From contig JALSQF010000010.1 in NCBI GenBank assembly GCA_026985555.1, forward strand, positions 97,163 through 161,162: a stretch of 64,000 nt of DNA, in the 5' to 3' direction. This document shows positions 16,852-27,051 of the stretch, in pieces. The position numbers and the translations under genes were made by a program. Within the stretch, counting starts at the first letter, position 1. The number at the start of each line of letters is the position of its first letter. The notes below the pieces were generated by a model. That model was not told the origin of the DNA, did not search any database, and worked only from the letters and a program-made list of their open reading frames with translations. Source of the stretch: Candidatus Moraniibacteriota bacterium (GTDB lineage Bacteria; Patescibacteriota; Minisyncoccia; Moranbacterales; UBA9337).

Positions 16852-17155
16852 AAATAATTTTTGACTTGTGATATTTTTTATTTTTGTTTAAAATTTAATA
16901 TTGAAATTTTTTAAGTCTAGGATATATATTTTTTACATCTTTTATTCTAACAAAAAATAATAAACTTATCAATTGATTTATAAAATAAATATTTTGTAAG
17001 CATTTCTGCTAAACTTTTAACCTAATTTTCTTTAAATTAATTTTTTAGAAATTCTAAAATTAACCTAAGAATTTTCTTTCCTAAATATTTTTTAGTCTGT
17101 TATTTATTTTTTAAAAGTATTTCTATTATGTTTTTTTATTCATTAAAAAATTAAA

Positions 17156-17641
17156 CTATCCTTTATCTTTTAATCTATAACTAGCTATTCCTAAGGCTAC
17201 TGCCACATTTAAGCTTTTCTTTTTTCCATACATAGGTATTTCTATAATATTATCACATTTTTTTAATATACGCTTATCTATTCCTCGCGGTTCATTACCA
17301 ACAATAAGAGTTACTTTATTTTTTAAAGAAATTTTTCTGTAGTCTATAGATTTTTTATCTTGTTCTAAAGCTATAATTTGAAAATTTTCTTTTTTTAATT
17401 TTTGAATTAATAAAGAAACATTTTGATATTTTTCCCATTCTACATATTTATCAGCTTGTAAGGCTGTTTTAGCCAACATTTTTTCTGCTTTGGTTTGCAA
17501 TACATAAGGCTTTAAAGATGGAGTAGGAGTAAATCCAGTTAAATAAATTTTATCTATTCCCACCCCATCAGCCGTTCTAAACATAGAACCAACATTATAA
17601 GCGCTTCTAATACGATGTAAAATTAAATAAAATTTTTGCAT
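17156..17641 (-). CDS. SpoU/TrmH-family RNA 2'-O-methyltransferase
   Basis: The size (161 aa) and the C-terminal IEIPMYGKKKSLNVAVALGIASY fit the SPOUT knot motif III. Confidence 0.65.
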   Translation of the reverse strand: MQKFYLILHRIRSAYNVGSMFRTADGVGIDKIYLTGFTPTPSLKPYVLQTKAEKMLAKTALQADKYVEWEKYQNVSLLIQKLKKENFQIIALEQDKKSIDYRKISLKNKVTLIVGNEPRGIDKRILKKCDNIIEIPMYGKKKSLNVAVALGIASYRLKDKG

Positions 17642-17740
17642 AAAGTTATTAGGTTGTAAAAATCAAAATTTTATTTTGATTTTTACAAAAATAATTAATC
17701 TTGTGAAAATAAAGGATTATAAAATATTAATTTATATACA

Positions 17741-18514
17741 TTATATGTTATTTCTAAAAACATTAGTTATTACTTCCTGAACATCATCGTTAGCTTCTAA
17801 TTCTTCTATAAAATTTACTAGCTGATTATAATCTTCTTCTTTTAAATTAACTGTTTGCTGCGGTAAAAAGGTTAGCTTTGTTTCTGTAATTTTTACTCCT
17901 TTTTTTTCCAAGGCTTCTTTTACCTTTGGCAAATCAGCAGTTTTAGTAACTATTATCAATTTATCTTTTTTATCGTTTTTTATTTCTTCTGCGCCATAGT
18001 CAATGGCTAGCAATTCTATTTCTTCAGATTCTTTTTCTTGCTCTTTTAAATTAATTAGTAAGTATCCTTTTAGTGTAAATATAAAACGTAAAGATCCTTT
18101 GGCTAATAATTTAGCCTTGTTTTTTTCCAAATAATGTCGTATTTCACTCACTGTTCTGTTGCGATTATCTGTAGCTGTTTTGATTAAAAGAGCTACTTGT
18201 TGACCATTTAAATTATAATAAGCCTCATAAATTATTTCTTCAATTTTTTCTCCATCATTTAATTCTCCGGTTCCTTTTTTTATCGCTCGTTCAATATTTT
18301 CTTTGGGCATATTAAAAGAACGCGCTTTTTCTACTGCCATTTTTAATTTAAAGTTAGTTTCTATGTCTCCTCCCCCTTCTCTAGCGCTTACCGAAATTAA
18401 ACGTCCTAACTTAGTAAAAATATTAGCTCTTTTAGCATCTTGTAGGGCTTTTTTATGACGAATAGTGCTCCATTTAGAATGTCCTGACATAATTTTATCT
18501 TTAGTTTTTGACAT
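17741..18514 (-). CDS. yebC: YebC/PmpR-family transcriptional regulator
   Basis: MSGHSKWSTIRHKKALQDAKRANIFTKLGR is the hallmark YebC N-terminus. The true start is probably the internal M, 8 codons in. Confidence 0.85.
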   Translation of the reverse strand: MSKTKDKIMSGHSKWSTIRHKKALQDAKRANIFTKLGRLISVSAREGGGDIETNFKLKMAVEKARSFNMPKENIERAIKKGTGELNDGEKIEEIIYEAYYNLNGQQVALLIKTATDNRNRTVSEIRHYLEKNKAKLLAKGSLRFIFTLKGYLLINLKEQEKESEEIELLAIDYGAEEIKNDKKDKLIIVTKTADLPKVKEALEKKGVKITETKLTFLPQQTVNLKEEDYNQLVNFIEELEANDDVQEVITNVFRNNI

Positions 18515-18570
18515 TTACATTATATATCATTTAATAATGAATATCAAAAATATGTTTATTGGTTATTTTT

Positions 18571-20205
18571 TTAATTCCTTAAAAAGTATAACAAATTAAT
18601 TAAAAATTCATTCCAATAATTAATAGTTTTTATTTGAGGATTAAAATAAAACTGAGAATTTCTTTTTTCTATGAAATTATTGTTTGTTTTGTTTTGTGTA
18701 ATTAATTTGATTGAATTTTTTAAAATTTTTGAATTATTTAATTCTAAAAAATTATAATTATCATAATTACTAGGAGTTTTTATTTCTATTTTATTTTGAA
18801 TTAATTTTTTCTTTTGATTTTCTTTTGCTCTTAAACTTTCTTTTTGAAGAGTTAAACTATGCTTATTTAATGTTTTCTCTCTATCATTTTTTTGGTTGGA
18901 TAAAGAAGTATTTGTAAAAAAAGTATTTTGATAATTGTTTACAATACTTTTATTCTTTTTATTCTTTGAAGTTTCTAATAAAGTTTTCTTTTCTTTTTTC
19001 TTTTTTATCTTCCATTTCCAAGCACTTCCTTTTCTTTTAAAATAAATAGCATCATCGGGAATATTCTTTTTTCCGTTCTTATATTTATAGCGAATCTTGT
19101 AAGCTAATCCTCCGTCTGGATAACGCAATTCAATAGTAGTTTTTTTATTAGCTAAAATAAAATGAGAATATTTTCCTGTTAAATGCTTACTCTGATGAGA
19201 AGCTACTTTAAATTTTTTAAAAATAGGATGATTAATTAAGTGATTACTTTTAGAGCCAGTAGCTATACTCCAACCTTTGAGATTCAAATTTTTTTTAGAT
19301 TTATTATAAATAACGAGATATTCTTTATTTTTATCTTTTCCAGAAGGATTAGGCACAATTTTAATAATTTTTATCTTATAATGAGGAAATTTTTTAACTT
19401 TGAGATGAAAAAATTTTTTTATAATATGGCTTCCGTCAAAAATAGTTAATTTAACCTTATATTTTCCTTGAGATTCATATTTATGTGAGGTATTCAATTT
19501 ATAACTTCTGTGTCCATCTCCAAAATCCCAAATTATTTTCTTAATTCTTTTTTGAGAAAAAGGTTTGATTTTCAGTTTAAAAAAGGTGTAAATATTTAAA
19601 TAAGCCTCTTTAGGAATTGTAAACTTTAAATTTAAAGTAGAATCCTTTTTGTTTTTTTTGTTTTTTGTAGCATATTGGCTCCATTGCCAACCATTAGAAA
19701 AATAATTAAAAGAAACGTTTTCTAGCCATCTCTGAAAAGATGATTCCACACCATAATTAATTGTAGAAACTAACTTTTTTTGAGGATTAAGTAATTCTAT
19801 TTTAATTTCTCCAGAATTATAAAGATTAAACCTACCACAAATATATTTATCAAATTTTTGAGAAACAAACTCTTTCCTATTTGCGCAATGAGTATCCTTT
19901 CTTTTTAAAATTAAAAATTTTTGAGGTAAAATAATATATTTATCGCTTTCTTTAATGGTGCTTACCTTCAGTAAGGATCTTTTCTTTCCTTTATAAAAAT
20001 AATAACGAGTATATTTAATAATCCAATTGCTTAGATTTATTTTCTTGTGAGATGAATTATAAATTTCTATAAATTCATTTTCACTCTCTTTTCCAGAAGG
20101 ATTAGCTAGTATTTCATTAAATCTAACAGGATAATTTTTTTGCGCTTGTGCTTTCTGAAAAAAACTAAAAACACTTATTATTAGTAAAAAAATTTTTATT
20201 TTCAT
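18571..20205 (-). CDS. secreted surface protein with two lamin-tail (LTD) domains flanking a PKD-like domain and a Lys-rich tail
   Basis: It has the signal peptide MKIKIFLLIISVFSFFQKAQA. The LTD signatures are ILANPSGKESENEFIEIYN...NLSNWII and IVPNPSGKDKNKEYLVIYN...NLKGWSI. The PKD-like signature is DFGDGHRS. Confidence 0.6.
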   Translation of the reverse strand: MKIKIFLLIISVFSFFQKAQAQKNYPVRFNEILANPSGKESENEFIEIYNSSHKKINLSNWIIKYTRYYFYKGKKRSLLKVSTIKESDKYIILPQKFLILKRKDTHCANRKEFVSQKFDKYICGRFNLYNSGEIKIELLNPQKKLVSTINYGVESSFQRWLENVSFNYFSNGWQWSQYATKNKKNKKDSTLNLKFTIPKEAYLNIYTFFKLKIKPFSQKRIKKIIWDFGDGHRSYKLNTSHKYESQGKYKVKLTIFDGSHIIKKFFHLKVKKFPHYKIKIIKIVPNPSGKDKNKEYLVIYNKSKKNLNLKGWSIATGSKSNHLINHPIFKKFKVASHQSKHLTGKYSHFILANKKTTIELRYPDGGLAYKIRYKYKNGKKNIPDDAIYFKRKGSAWKWKIKKKKEKKTLLETSKNKKNKSIVNNYQNTFFTNTSLSNQKNDREKTLNKHSLTLQKESLRAKENQKKKLIQNKIEIKTPSNYDNYNFLELNNSKILKNSIKLITQNKTNNNFIEKRNSQFYFNPQIKTINYWNEFLINLLYFLRN

Positions 20206-20211
20206 AAAAAA

Positions 20212-20499
20212 TTAATTATTTTTTACCACAATTTTTTTGACTTCTGGTTGACCTATTTTCTTATTAAGTTCTTCACAAAGAAAACTTTTTTTCATCCAAA
20301 TTTCATTTCTCCAATTGGAATTTTTTATAGCAATGTAAAGAGTTTTATTTTTGTAAAAACTGAATTTAATATTTTTAACTCCTTGTTTTCCATACTCTCT
20401 TTCTATTATTTTTTGCCATAGAAAAAAAATAGTTTTTTCATCTAAATTCTTTTTTGGTTTTATCACTTTTTTTTCTAATAGAGACTTTAAGGTTCTCAT
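20212..20499 (-). CDS. small DUF721/DciA-like protein
   Basis: The 95-aa protein has the pattern FLWQKIIEREYGKQGVKNIKFSFYKNKTLYIAIKNSNWRNEIW, resembling the W..ivG...V.vssW.qEL pattern of DUF721. Confidence 0.4.
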   Translation of the reverse strand: MRTLKSLLEKKVIKPKKNLDEKTIFFLWQKIIEREYGKQGVKNIKFSFYKNKTLYIAIKNSNWRNEIWMKKSFLCEELNKKIGQPEVKKIVVKNN

Positions 20500-20575
20500 A
20501 TAATTAGTATTTCTATATAATTAATTATACATTGATTAAGAAAAGCGGAGAAATTTCCCCGCTTAGTAAAAATAT

Positions 20576-20944
20576 TTATTTATTAATTAAAAAGTCATTA
20601 ACAAAAATTACAATACTTCCCTTAGAATTGTAAAATTCTACTCTATAACCATTTTCTTTATTGATTAACCAAATTTGGCGACGAGTAGACTCAACAGGAA
20701 TTTCCATTTCATGATAGATTATTTTTCCTCCTCCATAAAAAATAATTGATGCAGCTGTATTGTCTACCTCTAATTGAAACTTTTTTAAATGAACAATTTT
20801 TCTTTCTCCAGGTAATATTAGATATTTTTTTAAATAGTTGGCCTGGCAACATTTCTTTGAACAACCCCAAGTTAAACCTGGATCCACAACAACACCTGCT
20901 AAAACAAAAACGCTCACAATCATTGCTAGAAAGATTTTTTTCAT
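20576..20944 (-). CDS. small secreted hypothetical protein
   Basis: It has the signal peptide MKKIFLAMIVSVFVLAGVVV. A GC-rich hairpin aagcgg/ccgctt (20543..20564) lies downstream. Confidence 0.4.
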   Translation of the reverse strand: MKKIFLAMIVSVFVLAGVVVDPGLTWGCSKKCCQANYLKKYLILPGERKIVHLKKFQLEVDNTAASIIFYGGGKIIYHEMEIPVESTRRQIWLINKENGYRVEFYNSKGSIVIFVNDFLINK

Positions 20945-21061
20945 TTTTCCCTCCTTTGTTAAGTTTATGTTTTTTAAATAACTTATATAATATGTTTATT
21001 ACTAATACGAGTATAACCTTCTTAAATTGAATAAGTCAAGAAAATAAACTATACTACAAAC

Positions 21062-23152
21062 ATGATTAATCTCAATACTTCTATAAAAAAAATACCTAGA
21101 ATTAAAGCTAATCAAATTAAAGCTTTAGAGCGTTTAAAAATTAACACTTGGTTAGATTTACTTTTTCATTTTCCTTCTCGTTACGAAGATTTCTCTCAAA
21201 TAAAAAACATTCGGGATATAGAGAAAGGAGAAAAAACATCTATTGAAGGTAAAATTATTCAAGCTCACACCCAACGCACTTGGAAAAAAAGAATGTTAAT
21301 AACAGAAACTCTTATTGAAGATAAAAATGGTGATACTATAAAAGCTATTTGGTTTAATCAGCCTTTTTTAAAAAATAGTTTACAAACCGGAAAAAATATT
21401 CGTTTAAGTGGAAAAATATATCTTAACCAAAAAAATGAATTGTATTTTTCTGCTCCTGATTGGGAATTAAGTCAACGCCGTCCCACGCACACCGCTCGTT
21501 TAGTTCCTGTTTATCCTACTACAGAAAATTTGACTTCACGTTGGATTCGTTGGCAAATTGAAACAATATTTAAAAAAGGTATTAATTTGCCAGAAATTAT
21601 TCCTTTGGAAATTATCCAAAAATTTAATTTACCAGAAAGAGGTAAAGCTTTAAAATTTATTCATTTTCCTCAAAATATAGATCAAATAAAAATTGCGCAA
21701 AAACGTTTTGCTTTTGAAGAAATATTTTTACTTCAAATTAAATCATTACAATCCCGCTTTTTTCTTTCTCAAAAAAAAGCTTCTGCTTTTATTTTAAAAA
21801 AATCTTTTTATAAAAAATTTCTTCATTCCTTATCTTTTTCACCTACACAAGCGCAAGAAAAAGCTGTGCAAGAAATTTTTAAAGATCTTTCTCAAAATGT
21901 TCCTATGAATCGTTTATTAAATGGAGATGTGGGAGCAGGAAAAACCTTAGTAGCGGCAATGGCTTCTTTGCCCGTATTAATTAACCATCATCAAGTAGCT
22001 ATAATGGCTCCGACAGAAGTTTTAGCTTATCAACATTTTCAAAGTTTTCAGAATTTTTTTCAAAAATTTCTATTTAATATAGCCTTGATTACTAATAGTT
22101 ACAAACAAGTTTATTATTATCAAGAAAAAGAAATTAGAAGTTTTTCTCAGGGCACTCGTTATCAATTATTGCAACAAATAAAAAAAGGAACTATCAATAT
22201 GATTATAGGTACTCACGCACTTTTACAAAAAGATGTTTCTTTTAAAAACCTGTCTCTTGTGATCATTGATGAACAGCATCGTTTTGGTGTTGAACAAAGA
22301 GCTTATCTGCAAAAAAAACACAGCACTTTTTCAAATGGCATTCATTTTTTAACTATGACAGCTACACCTATACCACGTACTTTAACAATGGCTTTTTTTG
22401 GCAATTTAGCGGTTTCTGTATTAGATGAATTGCCTTCAAAAAGAAGAAAAATAATTACCAAAATTGTTCCCAATGAAAATAGAAATAAAATATATCAATT
22501 TATTCGCTCAAAAATAAAAAAAGGACGTCAAGCTTTTATTATCCTTCCTTTAGTAGAAGAATCTTCTCTTTTGCAAAAAACTAAAGCAGTTATTCAGGAA
22601 CATAAACGTTTAACAGAAAAGGTTTTTCCTGATTTGAATATAGGATTATTGCACGGAAAACTCAAACCAAAAGAAAAGGAAGAAATAATGAAAAAATTTA
22701 AGGAAAATCAATACCAAATTTTAGTTTCTACTTCTGTTGTTGAAGTGGGCATAGATGTTCCTAATGCTACTATAATGATTATTGAAGATGCTCATCGTTT
22801 CGGATTATCTCAATTACATCAATTTCGTGGTCGCATAGGAAGAGGAAAATATCAATCTTATTGTTTTCTTTTTTCTCCTCAAGTCTCTTCTCGTTTAAAA
22901 ATTATGGAAAAATATAATGATGGTTTTAAAATTGCTGAAAAAGATTTAGAGCTACGTGGTCCTGGTCAATTTTTAGGACAAAAACAATCTGGCTTACCTG
23001 ATGTAGCTATGGAAGGAATTAATAATCTAAAAATGATTAGTTTAGCCCGTGAAGAAGCAGAAAAATTATTAAAAAAAGATTCTTCTTTAAAAAAATATCC
23101 TCTTTTAAAATCAGCTCTTCAAAAAATGGGAGAACAAATTCATTTAGAATAA
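21062..23152 (+). CDS. recG: ATP-dependent DNA helicase RecG
   Basis: It has an N-terminal wedge/OB domain, helicase motif I GDVGAGKT, motif II VIIDEQHRFGV, and a C-terminal helicase domain QFRGRIGRG. Confidence 0.85.
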   Translation: MINLNTSIKKIPRIKANQIKALERLKINTWLDLLFHFPSRYEDFSQIKNIRDIEKGEKTSIEGKIIQAHTQRTWKKRMLITETLIEDKNGDTIKAIWFNQPFLKNSLQTGKNIRLSGKIYLNQKNELYFSAPDWELSQRRPTHTARLVPVYPTTENLTSRWIRWQIETIFKKGINLPEIIPLEIIQKFNLPERGKALKFIHFPQNIDQIKIAQKRFAFEEIFLLQIKSLQSRFFLSQKKASAFILKKSFYKKFLHSLSFSPTQAQEKAVQEIFKDLSQNVPMNRLLNGDVGAGKTLVAAMASLPVLINHHQVAIMAPTEVLAYQHFQSFQNFFQKFLFNIALITNSYKQVYYYQEKEIRSFSQGTRYQLLQQIKKGTINMIIGTHALLQKDVSFKNLSLVIIDEQHRFGVEQRAYLQKKHSTFSNGIHFLTMTATPIPRTLTMAFFGNLAVSVLDELPSKRRKIITKIVPNENRNKIYQFIRSKIKKGRQAFIILPLVEESSLLQKTKAVIQEHKRLTEKVFPDLNIGLLHGKLKPKEKEEIMKKFKENQYQILVSTSVVEVGIDVPNATIMIIEDAHRFGLSQLHQFRGRIGRGKYQSYCFLFSPQVSSRLKIMEKYNDGFKIAEKDLELRGPGQFLGQKQSGLPDVAMEGINNLKMISLAREEAEKLLKKDSSLKKYPLLKSALQKMGEQIHLE

Positions 23153-23219
23153 ACAGAAAAGTTGACCACAAAAAATTATTTTGTTATTATGCAAACTAGT
23201 TATTTAAAGAAAAAACTTA

Positions 23220-23290
23220 GGTCCGATGGCCGAGTGGTTAGGCAAGGGTCTGCAAAACCCTGGACGGCGGTTCAATTCCGCCTCGGACCT
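23220..23290 (+). tRNA. tRNA-Cys (anticodon GCA)
   Basis: Sequence is ggtccgatggccgagtggttaggcaagggtctgcaaaaccctggacggcggttcaattccgcctcggacct. It has an anticodon loop ctgcaaa and a T-loop ggttcaattcc. The discriminator is U, as expected for Cys. Confidence 0.85.
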
Positions 23291-23357
23291 CTTGAAGTTT
23301 TTTAATTTAATTTGTAAAATAGTTATTGTATAATTTTTGATATTTAAATTTGATATT

Positions 23358-23441
23358 GCCGCGGTGGTGGAATTGGTAGACACGAGAGACTTAAAATCTC
23401 TTGGGATTATTCCCGTGTGGGTTCGAGTCCCACCCGTGGCA
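23358..23441 (+). tRNA. tRNA-Leu (anticodon TAA), class II with a long variable arm
   Basis: Sequence is gccgcggtggtggaattggtagacacgagagacttaaaatctcttgggattattcccgtgtgggttcgagtcccacccgtggca. It has an anticodon loop cttaaaa and discriminator A. Confidence 0.85.
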
Positions 23442-23457
23442 CACTAAAAAATTATTT

Positions 23458-25644
23458 ATGAAACTTTTAATCGTTGAATCTCCTTCAAAAACAAAAACTA
23501 TTAAAAAATATTTAGGATCAGATTATCAAGTGACTTCTTCGGTAGGACATATTCGTGATTTACCTAAAAACAATAAAAAAGCTATAGAGATAGAAAATAA
23601 TTATCGTCCTCACTACATAGTTATTGAAAACAAAAAGGATGTTATTGATAATTTAAAAAAAATATCTCAAAAAGCTAAAATTATTTATCTAGCTACTGAT
23701 CCAGATAGAGAAGGAGAAGCTATTGCTTGGCACATTGCTCAAATATTAAAAATAAAAGATAAAAAACGATTACAAAGAATTGTTTTTCATGAAATTACTC
23801 CTGAAGCAATTAAACAAGCCTTAAATCATCCTCGCTCTATTGATAAAAAATTAGTTAAGGCGCAGGAAGCGCGTAGAGTGTTAGATCGTCTTTTTGGATA
23901 TGATTTATCTGGCTTAATTTGGAAAAAAGTTCGCTATGGATTAAGTGCTGGCAGAGTTCAATCACCAGCTTTAAGAATTTTAGTAGAACGAGAAAGAGCC
24001 ATTCGCGCTTTTCGTCCAGAAAAATATTGGGTACTTACTGCTAAAGTTAAATCTTTTAAAAACAAAAGTTCACTTCCTTTTGTTTTAAGTTGCTCAAAAG
24101 AAATTAAAGATAAAAAAGAATTAAATCATATTTTAAAATTAGCCCCTCAAAAAAAATGGATAGTAGATAATATTACACATCGTCAAGTAAAGAAAAATCC
24201 CTATCCTCCTTTTACTACTTCCACTCTCCAACAAAGCGCTAGCTCTCAGTTAGGATTATCTCCTTCTCAAACTATGTTTTATGCTCAAAAACTTTATGAA
24301 GCTGGTTATATTACTTACATGCGCACGGATAGTGTTACTTTAAGTCATAAAGCTCAAAAACAAATTGGTTCTTTAATCAAAAAAGAATTTGGAGAAAAAT
24401 ATTTAGACTTAAAACAATTTAAAAATCGCTCTAAAAATGCTCAAGAAGCACACGAAGCTATTCGTCCTTCTAATTTTAATTTAAAAAATCTTGGAAAAAA
24501 TAAAACAGAAAAAAAACTTTATCAACTAATTTGGCAAAGAGCTGTAGCTTCTCAAATGTCTCCTGCTCAAATACAACAATCAAAAATTAAAGTAAACGTG
24601 GGAGAAAAAAAAGATAAAATTCCCTATTTTTTTGTTAATGGTTCTCATATAGTTTTTGATGGTTGGTTTATTTTAAATTCTTCTTTTAAAAAAATAGAGG
24701 AAAAAATTCCACCAGTAGATAAAAATGAAAAATTAAAATTATTGAAAATAAATCAAGAAGAAAAAGAAACTACTCCCCCTCCCCGTTATTCAGAGGCAGG
24801 ATTAGTAAAGGAATTAGAAAAACGTGGAATTGGACGACCTTCTACTTATGCTTCTATCATTCGCACTTTACATACCAGAGGATATACAGAAAAAGAAGGC
24901 AGATCTTTAAAACCAACAGAAATGGGAGAAATTGTCAGCACTTTTTTAGAAAAAAACTTTACTAAATATATCAGTGATTCTTTTACAGCTAAACTAGAAA
25001 ATCAATTAGATGAAATTGCGAAAGGGAAAATGAAATATACTGAAGTTTTAGATAATTTTTATCAACATTTTAATCAAGACATTAAACGAAAAGAGAAAAT
25101 ACCTAAAATTACTAATTTGGGTCCTGCTGATGCTAAATTTAAATGCCCTCTCTGTAAAGGGCCTATGATAATTAAATTAGGAAAAAATGGAAAATTTTTA
25201 AGCTGCGCTAAATTTCCAGAATGCAAAGGAATGCGCACTGTGGAGGGAAAAATAATTGAAGAACCTAAAGAAACAGGAGAAATTTGTCCTGAATGCGGAA
25301 GTCCCTTAATAGAACGTGAGGGACGTTATGGAAAATTCATTGCCTGCTCTAATTATCCTCAATGCAAATATATCAAAAAAGATCCTCAAGAAGAAAAAAA
25401 GAAGTCCACCGGTATAAAATGTCCTCTTTGCAAAAAGGGAGAATTAATTGAAAAAAATGGACGTTATGGAAAATTTTACGCTTGCTCTAATTATCCTCAG
25501 TGCAAATATACTATCAAAGCTAAGCCTACTGGAAAAAAGTGTCCTCTATGCGGATCTCTTATGATGAAAGGAACTAAAACTATTCCTGAACGTTGTTCTA
25601 ATAAAAACTGCCCTAATTATAGACCAGATAAATTAAAAAAATAA
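23458..25644 (+). CDS. topA: DNA topoisomerase I
   Basis: The Toprim start is MKLLIVESPSKTKTIKKYLG. There are four C-terminal C4 zinc ribbons: CPLCKG..C..C, CPECG, CPLCKKG and CPLCGS. The track ORF begins upstream inside tRNA-Leu, so the ATG at 23458 is preferred. Confidence 0.9.
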   Translation: MKLLIVESPSKTKTIKKYLGSDYQVTSSVGHIRDLPKNNKKAIEIENNYRPHYIVIENKKDVIDNLKKISQKAKIIYLATDPDREGEAIAWHIAQILKIKDKKRLQRIVFHEITPEAIKQALNHPRSIDKKLVKAQEARRVLDRLFGYDLSGLIWKKVRYGLSAGRVQSPALRILVERERAIRAFRPEKYWVLTAKVKSFKNKSSLPFVLSCSKEIKDKKELNHILKLAPQKKWIVDNITHRQVKKNPYPPFTTSTLQQSASSQLGLSPSQTMFYAQKLYEAGYITYMRTDSVTLSHKAQKQIGSLIKKEFGEKYLDLKQFKNRSKNAQEAHEAIRPSNFNLKNLGKNKTEKKLYQLIWQRAVASQMSPAQIQQSKIKVNVGEKKDKIPYFFVNGSHIVFDGWFILNSSFKKIEEKIPPVDKNEKLKLLKINQEEKETTPPPRYSEAGLVKELEKRGIGRPSTYASIIRTLHTRGYTEKEGRSLKPTEMGEIVSTFLEKNFTKYISDSFTAKLENQLDEIAKGKMKYTEVLDNFYQHFNQDIKRKEKIPKITNLGPADAKFKCPLCKGPMIIKLGKNGKFLSCAKFPECKGMRTVEGKIIEEPKETGEICPECGSPLIEREGRYGKFIACSNYPQCKYIKKDPQEEKKKSTGIKCPLCKKGELIEKNGRYGKFYACSNYPQCKYTIKAKPTGKKCPLCGSLMMKGTKTIPERCSNKNCPNYRPDKLKK

Positions 25645-25653
25645 AAAAATAAA

Positions 25654-26088
25654 TTATTTTTGTTTCAATTTTAGTTTTGATTTTTTAATTATTGATGATT
25701 TATATTTTTGAGGGAAAAAACTTTTTAGACGAATAATTTTAGTTTTTAATAATTTAAATTCCTTTAATTTTTTTTGTAATTTATTTACAAAAAATTTTTG
25801 ATCATATCCTAAAACTATTATATCAGGCTTTTTCTCTTTGATTATTTTATATTTATCTTTCAAGTTTCCTAAAACCACTTCATCAGCTAATAAACTATTT
25901 TTAACTAAATTAAATCTTTCTTTCTCATCGTTCCAAGGTTTTTCTTTTTTTAGTTTTTTTACCGTTTTATCCCGCGCAATTACTACAATTAAATAATCAC
26001 CTTGTTTTTTTGCTTCTTTTAAAAAATAACTATGTCCTCTATGGAAAACATCAAAAGTTCCAAAAACTATTATTTTTTTCATCTTCAA
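25654..26088 (-). CDS. cytidylyltransferase-like nucleotidyltransferase (TagD/RibL-like, HxGH)
   Basis: MKKIIVFGTFDVFHRGHSYFLKEAKKQGDYLIVVIARD matches glycerol-3-phosphate cytidylyltransferase and FMN adenylyltransferase N-termini. Confidence 0.6.
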   Translation of the reverse strand: MKMKKIIVFGTFDVFHRGHSYFLKEAKKQGDYLIVVIARDKTVKKLKKEKPWNDEKERFNLVKNSLLADEVVLGNLKDKYKIIKEKKPDIIVLGYDQKFFVNKLQKKLKEFKLLKTKIIRLKSFFPQKYKSSIIKKSKLKLKQK

Positions 26089-26100
26089 TATGTTTAATAA

Positions 26101-26598
26101 TTATTCGTCTTGGGAAAACCATCCTACTAAAGCTCCATTAATAAAAGAGGAAAGAAAAATAAAAAAGGTTAAAAAGAAAGCATAAGATATACCAAAATAA
26201 TAAATTAAAATCGGTAAAAAAGGTATTTTAACATTGCGAGTATAAAGAAAAACTGCAATTAAGCTATTTTTTGCCCCTGATTTTTTCAATTCTTTCAATA
26301 AAGGAAAAAGTAAATAAGCGGGACCAGAGATAATTACTCCGGCCATTGAGGCATATGCCCAACCTTTCCAACCAGATTTTTTCCCTAGATGTTTTTCTAC
26401 TTTTCCTGATGTAATATATAAATTAGTTAATGTCATAAAAATTAAAACTAATCCTAATAAAGGAATTATTCTATAAAGCATTTGCCATGTTTTTCCAATA
26501 CTTTTTTTAATTAGTTCAGGATACCAAAAACTCAAAAAAATATACAATAATACTACACCTAAAAGAAAAAGGTTACGTTTAAAATTATTTTTTTTCAT
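26101..26598 (-). CDS. polytopic membrane protein, C-terminal half of a two-piece permease-like protein
   Basis: It has four or five hydrophobic helices and starts 3 nt after the upstream partner's stop, in the same frame. Confidence 0.4.
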   Translation of the reverse strand: MKKNNFKRNLFLLGVVLLYIFLSFWYPELIKKSIGKTWQMLYRIIPLLGLVLIFMTLTNLYITSGKVEKHLGKKSGWKGWAYASMAGVIISGPAYLLFPLLKELKKSGAKNSLIAVFLYTRNVKIPFLPILIYYFGISYAFFLTFFIFLSSFINGALVGWFSQDE

Positions 26599-26601
26599 AA
26601 T

Positions 26602-27051
26602 TTATTTTAAAAAATTAACCAAATAAACTGTTACAATGGAAATAATTATTGCTAGGATAAAATTAATTATATTGCGCACAATAGCAAAACGTTTACCCAA
26701 ATTAACTATTTCCCAAGGAAGCATTACAATCCCTACTGTGCTCCAAGTCATTATAAAAGCAGTAATAGCTAATAAACTTATACCTTCTTTTTGTAACTCT
26801 CCTCCAATAATATAACTAGTTAAAGGAATTCCAAAGGAAAAACTGCCAAATAAAGCTCCTATAATTGTATCTTTAAAGTAGTTTCCTGTAAAAAGTTGTT
26901 CATATTTACCACTCCAAAAAACTTCTACTAAATTTAATAAAAGTAATGTTGCCACTAAAATTGGTAGTGATTCCTTATAACTTTGCAACGATTTTTTAAA
27001 AGCAATTTTTATTTTTTTTCTCATTGTTTTCTTACTTTTTCTGTTACCCAA
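26602..27051 (-). CDS. polytopic membrane protein, N-terminal half of a two-piece permease-like protein
   Basis: It has hydrophobic helices. The junction with the next gene is TAA-ATT-ATG. It overlaps the upstream GT2 gene by 31 nt. Confidence 0.4.
   Translation of the reverse strand: MGNRKSKKTMRKKIKIAFKKSLQSYKESLPILVATLLLLNLVEVFWSGKYEQLFTGNYFKDTIIGALFGSFSFGIPLTSYIIGGELQKEGISLLAITAFIMTWSTVGIVMLPWEIVNLGKRFAIVRNIINFILAIIISIVTVYLVNFLK

Noticed and set aside
23401-23457. N-terminal extension of topA (MGLFPCGFESHPWHTKKLF...) given in the ORF track.
   Set aside because: The extension is encoded by tRNA-Leu(TAA) sequence. The conserved Toprim start MKLLIVESPSKTK begins at the ATG at 23458.
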